Source: Candidatus Nitrospinota bacterium M3_3B_026
GTDB lineage: Bacteria > Nitrospinota_A > UBA7883 > JBPRGF01
Length of the DNA stretch: 64,000 nucleotides
Direction of reading: 5' to 3'
NCBI GenBank assembly: GCA_051418015.1
Contig: JBPRGF010000003.1
Span: forward strand, 184,875 to 248,874
Shown here: one piece after another, positions 29,280-37,227 of the stretch
Numbering within the stretch: position 1 is the first letter of the stretch
Layout of the letters: every line of letters starts with the position of its first letter
Notes under the pieces: model-generated
What the model saw: only the letters and a program-made list of their open reading frames with translations
What the model was told of the DNA's origin: nothing
The model's database searches: none
Position numbers and translations under genes: made by a program

Positions 29280-29681
29280 CTAAAAGGGCACGTCCTCCTC
29301 CTCGCCGCCGGACGGCTCGGACTTTTCCCTGTTTTCCTGTCCGGCTCCTTCGCCACGCCCGCCGAGGAAGATGACCCTGTCGGCCACCACCTCGAGCTTG
29401 CTTCGTTTGCGCCCGTCGTCGGTCTCCCACGAGGAGTAACTGAGCCTGCCGTCAACGCAGACCTGGCTGCCCTTGGACAGGTATTCCGAGCAGGTCTCCG
29501 CCTGGCGCCCCCAGGCGGTTATGTCGGCGAAGACGGTCTTCTCTTTCCATTCGTCGCCGGACTTGTACCGCTCGTTCACCGCCAGGCCGAACTTGGCCAC
29601 GGCCGCGCCGGAGGGGGTGTAACGAAGCTCGGGGTCCCGCGTCAGGTTGCCTATCAGGACAACTTTGTTGAGGCTTGCCAT
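29280..29681 (-). CDS. ssb: Single-stranded DNA-binding protein
   Basis: LNKVVLIGNLTRDPELRYTPSG...C-terminal EDVPF. Confidence 0.98.
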   Translation of the reverse strand: MASLNKVVLIGNLTRDPELRYTPSGAAVAKFGLAVNERYKSGDEWKEKTVFADITAWGRQAETCSEYLSKGSQVCVDGRLSYSSWETDDGRKRSKLEVVADRVIFLGGRGEGAGQENREKSEPSGGEEEDVPF

Positions 29682-29685
29682 GGAT

Positions 29686-30048
29686 TCACTCCCCGCCCGG
29701 CGCCGGATCGCCGCTGGCTGTCTTCTCCTCCTCCGGCGGCGTCTCTTTGCGGCCGGCGGAGCCGTCGTAAAGGACTATCATGTGTTTCAGGGTGTTCTCG
29801 TTCAGCCGCAAACCGTGGTCCAGGCCGGACAGGGCGGCGGGGTCCAGGGAAAACCGCAGGAGGACGTAATATCCATAACGGTTTTTCCTGACCAGGTAGG
29901 CAAGGCGCTTCTTGCCCCACCGGTCTTCCTCGATGATCGATCCGCCGGCGGATTTGATGGACTCCTTTACGGACTCCACTTCCTTGTCGATCTCCTCGTC
30001 GGCAAGGTCCGGCTTGAGAATGAAAAGGCTCTCGTAGTCTTTGGCCAC
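29686..30048 (-). CDS. rpsF: 30S ribosomal protein S6
   Basis: YESLFILKPDL...WGKKRLAY...GYYVL; first gene of the rpsF-ssb-rpsR operon; GTG start with AGGAGG SD. Confidence 0.97.
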   Translation of the reverse strand: MAKDYESLFILKPDLADEEIDKEVESVKESIKSAGGSIIEEDRWGKKRLAYLVRKNRYGYYVLLRFSLDPAALSGLDHGLRLNENTLKHMIVLYDGSAGRKETPPEEEKTASGDPAPGGE

Positions 30049-30051
30049 AGG

Positions 30052-30105
30052 CTCCTCCTTCCGGGTATAAAGCCCCGCGCTTCAAACGCGCGGAGCAAGG
30101 AGTTA
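30052..30105 (-). promoter_or_regulatory. S6:S18 ribosomal protein leader (autoregulatory RNA)
   Basis: Minus strand ACTCCTT-GCTCCGCGC...GCGCGGGGC-TTTATACCCGG-AAGGAGG: an anti-SD helix enclosing a hairpin and a CC-containing internal loop, directly before rpsF. Confidence 0.7.
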
Positions 30106-30467
30106 AACAATTTACGAAAGTATAGATATTTACCAGACTACCCCCCGGAAAATCAAGCGAATAATCGCGGCCTCCGGGAAAGGCCGCTTTCCGGCCGCCG
30201 CGGGGATCAATTTTTTGCGAAAAAATTTTGCCCCATCTGAGACGCAAACTCGGAAGAACCGCGTTTGCGCGCGCCGCGGCGGTTCTTGATTTGCCGGATG
30301 AGTCCAAATAAATCAACAAGCTGAGCGGGGATCGGCCGCGCGGGAAGGCGGGGCCGTTTTATGAATATCTGGACGTTTTATAAAAAATAAGTTTTATAAC
30401 TTAAGTCATATTCATTTGGTCTTATGTGGTTATAAATAGGGTTAATCGCAAACAGAGGGGGGAATCC

Positions 30468-30506
30468 GTGATGCTGATTTTTCATATTCTCGATCCACCG
30501 GCCTGA
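30468..30506 (+). CDS. Putative leader peptide (MMLIFHILDPPA) upstream of the porin gene
   Basis: Purine-rich AGAGGGGGG SD-like run, GTG/ATG start, 12 codons ending Asp-Pro-Pro-Ala-stop, followed by hairpins. Confidence 0.3.
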   Translation: MMLIFHILDPPA

Positions 30507-30617
30507 GGCGCCCGGCGCCTGCGGGACATTCGCTGATCTGTAACCTATTATGTCATCCCGCGGGAGAGGTTCGTCTCGATTCCGACCGCAACGAATTGAA
30601 AACAGAGGAGATAAGGC

Positions 30618-31892
30618 ATGAGAAGAGGATTTTGGATGACGCCGTTGGCGGCGCTGGCCTTGCTCGCTATGAGCGGCGCGGCCTACGCCGAGACGGCGTT
30701 TGACCTGAGCGGCATGATCCGCCTCCGGCCGGAGATGAGGGAAAACTCCGACTTCAACTCCGACAACGACGACAAGCAGTCATTCATCGGCAGCAGGACG
30801 AGGCTGACGACAAAGGCCTCCGTCACCGATGACGCTTTCGCCAAGATCACCATCCAGGACATCAGGAGCTGGGGCGACGCCAACAACGTCTCCACCGGCA
30901 AAGAGCAGCAGGCCCTCGACCTCTACGAGGCCTTTTTCCAGGTGAACGGGGTTGCGGGAACCCCCATCTCCGTCTCCGCCGGGCGCCAGCCGCTGGTCTA
31001 CGGAGACCAGAGGCTTCTTGGGAGCCTCGGCTGGAAGGACGAGGGCCGGACGCATGACGCGTTGAAGGTCATGCTCGGGTTCGACCGGTTTTCGCTGGAC
31101 CTTTTCGCCGCCAAGGAGGCCGAAAGCGGAAAACCCTCCGACGACACGCATGACGACGACCTGAACGGCGCATACGCCACGATCGGGATTACCGACGGGA
31201 TCGGCCTGGATGTCTACGCCCTGCAGTGGAAGACCGCCGGGACCGACTCTGAAGGCGCCGCGATCAAGGGCCACAACGTGATGACCTACGGCGCCAGGGT
31301 GGCGGGCAAGCTCTCCGGACTCGATTTCACCGGTGAGTATGCCATCCAGTCCGGCGACTGGGCCGAGGGGGTCAGCCAGGAGGCCTACGCTTTCGCCGCG
31401 ACCGCGGGCTACACCCTGCCCTTCTGGAGCACGAGGATCGGCCTGGAGTACGACTACGGGTCCGGTGACGACAACGGGAGCGACGACACGCACAAGAACT
31501 TCGTCTTCCCGTTCCACACCAACCACGCCCATTACGGGTTCATGGACTATTTCTCATGGGGCAACATGACCGACACGGCCGTCAGGCTCAAGACCAGCCC
31601 CATGGAGAGGCTGACGCTCAAGCTCGACTATCACATCTTCGCCCTGGCCGAGGGGAAGGGCGACTGGCTGAACGTCGTGGGGACAAAGGTCTTCAAACCC
31701 GCCGTGGAAGGCAAGGACAGCACCGACGCGGGGCAGGAGATAGACCTGACCGCCGCCTACAAGGCGATGGACAACCTGAAGCTCGTGGGCGGCCTGTCCC
31801 AGTTTACGCCGGGAGACGCGGCCAAGGAGCGCTCCGGCGGGGCGGGCGACGCCTCCACCTGGGGTTATCTCATGGCTATATTCACTTTCTAG
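30618..31892 (+). CDS. Alginate export family outer-membrane beta-barrel protein
   Basis: Signal peptide (AYA), IRLRPE, QDIRSWG, DLYEAF, GRQPLVYGDQRLLG, HAHYGFMDY, GQEIDL, terminal Phe. Confidence 0.88.
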   Translation: MRRGFWMTPLAALALLAMSGAAYAETAFDLSGMIRLRPEMRENSDFNSDNDDKQSFIGSRTRLTTKASVTDDAFAKITIQDIRSWGDANNVSTGKEQQALDLYEAFFQVNGVAGTPISVSAGRQPLVYGDQRLLGSLGWKDEGRTHDALKVMLGFDRFSLDLFAAKEAESGKPSDDTHDDDLNGAYATIGITDGIGLDVYALQWKTAGTDSEGAAIKGHNVMTYGARVAGKLSGLDFTGEYAIQSGDWAEGVSQEAYAFAATAGYTLPFWSTRIGLEYDYGSGDDNGSDDTHKNFVFPFHTNHAHYGFMDYFSWGNMTDTAVRLKTSPMERLTLKLDYHIFALAEGKGDWLNVVGTKVFKPAVEGKDSTDAGQEIDLTAAYKAMDNLKLVGGLSQFTPGDAAKERSGGAGDASTWGYLMAIFTF

Positions 31893-31917
31893 TTTCTCCT
31901 TCCAAACCCTTGTCCTT

Positions 31918-31960
31918 CGGCGGGGCGGCTTTTTTCCGGGCCGTCCCGCCGGTTTTTTTT
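31918..31960 (+). terminator. Intrinsic terminator
   Basis: cggcggggcggc / gccgtcccgccg stem followed by T8. Confidence 0.8.
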
Positions 31961-32019
31961 GCCTCGCGAGAAGGCGCCGAGGCTGGAACCCCGATCCCTC
32001 TTGAGCGAAACCGCTTTTA

Positions 32020-32049
32020 TTGACAATGCCTTGGGGGTGACCCTAGAAT
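32020..32049 (+). promoter_or_regulatory. Sigma-70 promoter of the NusG-paralog operon
   Basis: TTGACA-N18-TAGAAT ending 9 nt before ATG 32059. Confidence 0.65.
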
Positions 32050-32058
32050 GTTCATGCT

Positions 32059-32592
32059 ATGAGCGACTATGTGTGCGCCGAGGTGGAAAAGGGCTGGTTC
32101 GCTCTCTACGTCCGGTACCAGAACGAGCACAAGATCGCCAGCTACATACGGGAGAAGCTGGGGATGGACTCCCGAGTGCCCAGCCGAAAGCTCTGGCGCA
32201 GAAGGAACGGCAGGATGGAATTTGTCTCAAAACCCTTGCTGGAAACCTACGTTTTCATCCGCGCCGGGCGGGAAACGGACGATTGGCGGCGCGTCTACCG
32301 CGCCGGGGGCGTCATAGACATCGTCCGCCAGGGCAGGGCGCCCGCCGCCGTGCCCGAAAGCCAGATCGAGAGCCTGGAGAGGCTCTGCGACTCCGGCCTG
32401 CCGATTCACGAGGCCGAATACAAAAGGTTCAGGGCCGGCGGCCTCGTGGAGGTGGTGGACGGACCGCTCAGGGGGGCCGTGGGCAGATTCCTGGGAAGCG
32501 ACGAGCGCACGGGCCGTTTTGTCGTGAATATAGACCTTTTCAACCGCGCTCTTCAGACGGAGGTGGACGCGCGCTCCGTCCGTCCTTTATGA
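32059..32592 (+). CDS. Specialised NusG paralog (UpxY/LoaP/RfaH-like antiterminator)
   Basis: NGN domain (WFALYV...EHKIA...PLLETYVF...PAAVPESQIESL) plus KOW (GGLVEVVDGPLRGAVG); heads a polysaccharide operon. Confidence 0.88.
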   Translation: MSDYVCAEVEKGWFALYVRYQNEHKIASYIREKLGMDSRVPSRKLWRRRNGRMEFVSKPLLETYVFIRAGRETDDWRRVYRAGGVIDIVRQGRAPAAVPESQIESLERLCDSGLPIHEAEYKRFRAGGLVEVVDGPLRGAVGRFLGSDERTGRFVVNIDLFNRALQTEVDARSVRPL

Positions 32593-32710
32593 CGAGGCGC
32601 CTGGAGCCGATGGCGGTCTTTTCCCGCCGCGGGAATCTGTTTTCCCCCTCTTTTCCCCGATAGCCTTATAATCTTACTTTCTGAAGACCTTATAGCCTGG
32701 AGAGGTATGG

Positions 32711-34024
32711 ATGTTTTCTGACCTGGCGCCGCGCCTTAAGGAACGGCGGGAGAAGATAGGCCTTGTCGGCCTGGGATACGTGGGCCTGCCGCTTGCCTTG
32801 GCGCTCGCGAGGCGCTTTGACGTCATCGGCTACGACGTGAGCCGGGAGCGCGTCCGGGAGCTTACGGAAGGCCATGACAGGACCGGCGAAGCGGCCCCGG
32901 AGGAGCTGAAAAATACGGGGATGGAGATAACCGCCGACCCTGCGCGCCTTTCGGAGACGCGGTTCATCGTGGTCGCCGTGCCCACTCCCGTCGACTCGGG
33001 CAAGAGGCCCGCCCTGGGACCGCTGCTTTCCGCCTGCGAGACCATTGGAGGGGTGATCCGGCCCGGGACGGTGGTAGTCTTCGAGTCCACGGTCTATCCC
33101 GGCGTGACGGAGGAGAAATGCGTCCCCGTCATCGAGGCGAAGTCCGGCCTTGTGGCCGGGCGCGACTTCAGGGTCGGCTACTCGCCGGAGAGGATCAACC
33201 CCGGCGACAGGGAGCACACCATCGAGAAAATAGTGAAAGTGGTCTCCGGCCAGGACAGCGAGACGCTCGATACCGTGGCGGGAGTCTATGGGGACATAGT
33301 AGAGGCCGGCGTCCACAAGGCCCCCTCCATCAAGGTGGCGGAGGCGGCGAAAGTCATAGAAAACATCCAGCGCGACATAAACATAGCGTTGGTCAACGAG
33401 CTTTCGATGATATTTAATCTCATGGGGATACGGACAGCCGACGTGCTGGAGGCCGCGGCGACGAAATGGAACTTCGTCCGGTTCGACCCCGGCCTTGTCG
33501 GGGGGCACTGCATAGGGGTGGACCCCTATTACCTGACGAGCAAGGCCGAAGAGCTGGGCTATCACCCCCAGATGATCCTCTCCGGGAGGAGGATCAACGA
33601 CGGCATGGGAAAATACGTCGCCGAACAGGTTGTAAAAAGGCTGAACAGGGCCGGCAAAAGCGCCTGCGGCGCCAGGGTCGGGATATTCGGGATCACCTTC
33701 AAGGAGAACGTGCCGGACATACGCAACAGCAGGGCGCCGGACATCCACGCGGAGCTTTGCGACTATGGCGCCGAGACGCTGGTATACGACCCCGTGGTGT
33801 CCGGGGAGGAGCTTGAAAAGGAGTACGGAATAACGCTTTCGGACACGGCGGCGATGCGCGGGCTGGACGCGGCGGTCATCGCCGTGCGCCACGACCGGAT
33901 CGTCGAGCTCGGCCCCGGCGGGATCGAGGCCATGCTCAACGGCGGACGCGGCGTCGTGGCGGACATCAAGTCCGCCTTCAACGAAAGGGATTTCGGCGAC
34001 GGGGTTATCTATTGGAGCCTTTAA
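32711..34024 (+). CDS. UDP-N-acetylhexosamine 6-dehydrogenase (TviB/WbpO-like)
   Basis: GLGYVGLP, ESTVYPG, YSPERINPGD, AAKVIENIQRD, GLVGGHCIGVDPYY, GITFKENVPDIRNS. Confidence 0.92.
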   Translation: MFSDLAPRLKERREKIGLVGLGYVGLPLALALARRFDVIGYDVSRERVRELTEGHDRTGEAAPEELKNTGMEITADPARLSETRFIVVAVPTPVDSGKRPALGPLLSACETIGGVIRPGTVVVFESTVYPGVTEEKCVPVIEAKSGLVAGRDFRVGYSPERINPGDREHTIEKIVKVVSGQDSETLDTVAGVYGDIVEAGVHKAPSIKVAEAAKVIENIQRDINIALVNELSMIFNLMGIRTADVLEAAATKWNFVRFDPGLVGGHCIGVDPYYLTSKAEELGYHPQMILSGRRINDGMGKYVAEQVVKRLNRAGKSACGARVGIFGITFKENVPDIRNSRAPDIHAELCDYGAETLVYDPVVSGEELEKEYGITLSDTAAMRGLDAAVIAVRHDRIVELGPGGIEAMLNGGRGVVADIKSAFNERDFGDGVIYWSL

Positions 34025-34061
34025 GGGCGCCGGGTCCCGCCCCGGCGCGGCGAGCTTTTAA

Positions 34062-35120
34062 ATGAGCGCAATCGAGATAGAGATAGCGGGAAGGAAGATC
34101 GGCCCCGCCCATCCCCCCTTCATCATCGCGGAGATGTCCGGCAATCACAACCAGTCGCTCGACCGGGCCTTCGCCATGGTCGACGCCGCGGCGGAGGCGG
34201 GCGTCCACGCCCTGAAGCTGCAGACCTTCACGCCGGACACCATAACGCTCGATGTCCGGGGGGGCGGGTTCCTCATGGACGACCCCGAAAGCCCTGGCGG
34301 GAAAAGATCGCTCCACGAGCTTTACACGAAAGCCCAAACTCCCTGGGAATGGCATGGCCCGATCTTCGAGCGCTGCCGGGAGCGCGGGATCATGCCCTTC
34401 AGCGCGGCCTTCGATGAGACGGCGGTGGACTTTCTGGAGTCGCTCGGCGTCCCCTGCCACAAGATCGCCTCCTTCGAAAACGTCCACCTGCCGCTTATCC
34501 GCAAGGCCGCCGCCGCGGGCAAACCCCTTTTCATATCCACCGGCATGGCCTCCGTCGCCGAGCTGGCCGAGGCCGTGGAGACGGCGCGGGGCGAGGGGCT
34601 GGAGGAGATCATCCTCTTGAAATGCGCAAGCGCGTACCCGGCGGACGCGAAGGACGTGAACCTGAGGACGATCCCGAACATGCGGGAGCTTTTCGGCCTG
34701 CAGGTGGGCCTTTCGGATCACACGATGGGGCTCGGTGTCCCACTCGCGGCGGTGGCCCTCGGCGCGACGGTGATAGAGAAACATTTCACTCTGGACCGTG
34801 GGGACGGCGGCGTGGATTCCTCTTTCTCCATGGAGCCTGCGGAGGCGCGCCTGCTCGTCTCCGAAAGCGGGAAGGCGTGGCGCGCCCTGGGCGAGGCAAG
34901 CTACGGACCGTCCGGGGCGGAGCGGGGCTCGATGGATTTCCGCAGGTCGCTTTACGTGGCGGAGGACATGAAGGCCGGAGACGTCTTCACGGAAAAGAAC
35001 CTGCGGGCCGTACGCCCCGGCCACGGCCTCGCGCCAAAGTATTACGATGTCGTCCTCGGAAGACGGGTCAAAAAAGACGCGCCGAAGGGGACGCCGGTCA
35101 GCTGGGACATCGTCGGATGA
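34062..35120 (+). CDS. pseI: Pseudaminic acid synthase (NeuB family)
   Basis: IIAEMSGNHNQSL, KLQTFTPDTITLD, KIASFE, GLSDHTMG, IEKHFTL, FRRSLY, C-terminal SAF domain. Confidence 0.88.
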   Translation: MSAIEIEIAGRKIGPAHPPFIIAEMSGNHNQSLDRAFAMVDAAAEAGVHALKLQTFTPDTITLDVRGGGFLMDDPESPGGKRSLHELYTKAQTPWEWHGPIFERCRERGIMPFSAAFDETAVDFLESLGVPCHKIASFENVHLPLIRKAAAAGKPLFISTGMASVAELAEAVETARGEGLEEIILLKCASAYPADAKDVNLRTIPNMRELFGLQVGLSDHTMGLGVPLAAVALGATVIEKHFTLDRGDGGVDSSFSMEPAEARLLVSESGKAWRALGEASYGPSGAERGSMDFRRSLYVAEDMKAGDVFTEKNLRAVRPGHGLAPKYYDVVLGRRVKKDAPKGTPVSWDIVG

Positions 35121-35130
35121 GCCGGGACGC

Positions 35131-36039
35131 ATGACCTTGGCGCCGGATCTAAAAAATTCGCCGGTATTGATAACGGGAGCGGGAAGCCAGGTGGGGCGTT
35201 TCCTGCTGCCCATGCTTTCGGAACGCGGGTTCAGGATATACGCCGTCAGCAGGTTTGAACGGGCCGATCCCGCCTTGGCCGCTCCTGGGGTGGAATGGAT
35301 AAAGGCCGACCTCCGAAAAGGGCTGGGCGCGGCGGGCGAGGCGGTGTCGATGATACACATCGCGCCTCTGTGGCTTCTGCCGGGGAACATCGAACGGGCG
35401 GCGGCGCTCGGCGTGAAGCGCCTGATCGCCTTCGGCTCCACCAGCGTCCACACGAAAAAGGACTCCGCCTTGCCCGCTGACAGGGAGACGGCGCGCAGAC
35501 TGGCGGAGGCCGAGGAGGCGGTCCGGGAGAAGTTTTCCCATCTCGGGGCGGCCTGGACGATCTTCAGGCCGACGATGATATACGGCGCCGGGATGGACAG
35601 GAACGTCACGGCGATAGCGGATTTTATCCGCCGGTTCGGCTTTTTCCCCGTGGCGGGCAGGGGCGAGGGCCTGAGGCAGCCCGTCCACGCCGCGGATCTT
35701 GCGGCGGCCTGCGCGGCCGCCCTCGATGAGCCGAAAACGTTCAACCGCGCCTACGACCTTGGAGGCGGCGAGGTTTTGTCTTACCGCCGCATGGTAGAAA
35801 AAATCTTCGCCGGGCTGGGGCGAAAGCCGAGGATAATATCGATTCCTCCGCCCCTGCTGCGGCTTGCCGCCGCTCTGGCCGGGCGCGCCTCGGGGAACAG
35901 GGATATCTCCGCAGGCATGGTGGACAGGATGAACGCGGACATGTGTTTCGACATCTCAAGCGCCTCGCGGGACTTCGGCTATTCGCCCCGTGGGTTCTCG
36001 TTCGAGTGTGCCGCCGCCGCGTCCACGCTTTCAAGGTGA
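35131..36039 (+). CDS. NAD-dependent epimerase/dehydratase family protein (atypical SDR)
   Basis: LITGAGSQVG, FGSTS, IFRPTMIYG, LRQPVHAADLA, YDLGGGE. Confidence 0.85.
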   Translation: MTLAPDLKNSPVLITGAGSQVGRFLLPMLSERGFRIYAVSRFERADPALAAPGVEWIKADLRKGLGAAGEAVSMIHIAPLWLLPGNIERAAALGVKRLIAFGSTSVHTKKDSALPADRETARRLAEAEEAVREKFSHLGAAWTIFRPTMIYGAGMDRNVTAIADFIRRFGFFPVAGRGEGLRQPVHAADLAAACAAALDEPKTFNRAYDLGGGEVLSYRRMVEKIFAGLGRKPRIISIPPPLLRLAAALAGRASGNRDISAGMVDRMNADMCFDISSASRDFGYSPRGFSFECAAAASTLSR

Positions 36040-36192
36040 ACGGCCGAGCCCGCGGAGCGCGATTATCGAAATGCCGCTTCTGACGCCACTCGTGGTAAGA
36101 TTCACGAAAATCAGCCGTCCGCGCGGCAAGCTCGGGCGCTCTGAGAATATTTTCCGCTCAACCTCTTCCATCTTCGGTTTTTGGGATCAGCG

Positions 36193-37191
36193 ATGCCGGG
36201 ACGGCAGGAGCCTCGTTCGCCATCCGTAGCGGCGCTGGTGGTGGCCCACAACGCGGGAGCGATCCTGCTGGAGTGCCTGGAAAGCCTGGAAAGGCAGACC
36301 CGCAGGCCGGACAGGATCATCCTGGTGGACAACGCCAGCGAAGACGGATGCGCCAGCGCCGTTGACGAAAAATTCCCCGGCGTTGAAATCATCAGGCTGG
36401 AGAAGAACACCGGCTTCGCCGCGGCGAACAATATCGCCGCCCGCGCCGCCGGGGAGGCCGATTACCTCGCCCTGCTGAATCCCGACGCGGCCGCCGAGCC
36501 GGACTGGCTCGAAAACCTTCTCGACGCCGCCCGGCGCCGCCCGGACTGCTCCATGTTCGCGTCTCTTGTGTTCAACTACGGCGATCCCTCAATAGTCGAC
36601 GGGGCGGGTGACAGCTACCACGTGTCGGGGGCGATGTGGCGCAAAGGCTTTGGAGCGCCGTACTTGCCGTGGATGAACGTGGAGGCGGAGGTCTTCTCGC
36701 CATGCGCCGCCGCCGCAATGTACAGGAACAGGGACTTCAAGGCGGCGGGCGGCTTTGACAATGACTACTTCTGCTACACGGAGGATGTCGACCTTGGTTT
36801 CAGGATCCGGCTGGCTGGCGGCAAATGCCTTTATGCGCCGTCAGCGAAGGCGCGCCACGTCGGCTCGGCCGTCACCGGGCGGCACAGCGATTTTTACGTC
36901 TATCACAGCCACCGCAACCTCGTGTGGACGTTCGTCAAAAACATGCCCTGGCCCCTCTTCTGGCTCTACCTGCCGCAGCATCTGCTGTTGAACCTTGTGA
37001 CGGTGGCCTCATACTCCCTGAAAGGCCGGGGGCGGATCATTCTCAAGTCGAAATGGGACGCGGCCAGGGGGCTGCCCGCCGTGCTGCGCCGAAGGCTGGA
37101 GACACAGCGGACCCGGAAGGCGGGGTCGTTTGCGCTGCGGCGGGCGATGTCCAAAGGGCTGCTGCGACCCTATTTTTTTCGCGGAAGATGA
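36193..37191 (+). CDS. GT2 glycosyltransferase
   Basis: VDNASEDG, NTGFAAANN, LLNPDA, GGFDNDYFCYTEDVDLGFR. Confidence 0.92.
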   Translation: MPGRQEPRSPSVAALVVAHNAGAILLECLESLERQTRRPDRIILVDNASEDGCASAVDEKFPGVEIIRLEKNTGFAAANNIAARAAGEADYLALLNPDAAAEPDWLENLLDAARRRPDCSMFASLVFNYGDPSIVDGAGDSYHVSGAMWRKGFGAPYLPWMNVEAEVFSPCAAAAMYRNRDFKAAGGFDNDYFCYTEDVDLGFRIRLAGGKCLYAPSAKARHVGSAVTGRHSDFYVYHSHRNLVWTFVKNMPWPLFWLYLPQHLLLNLVTVASYSLKGRGRIILKSKWDAARGLPAVLRRRLETQRTRKAGSFALRRAMSKGLLRPYFFRGR

Positions 37192-37227
37192 CTGAACCGG
37201 CGGCGTGATCAAACGCAAAACCGCTCA

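Noticed and set aside
32612..32623. Canonical ops element after the NusG paralog
   Set aside because: Only GGCGGT matches; the following AG-nn-TG of ops is absent.
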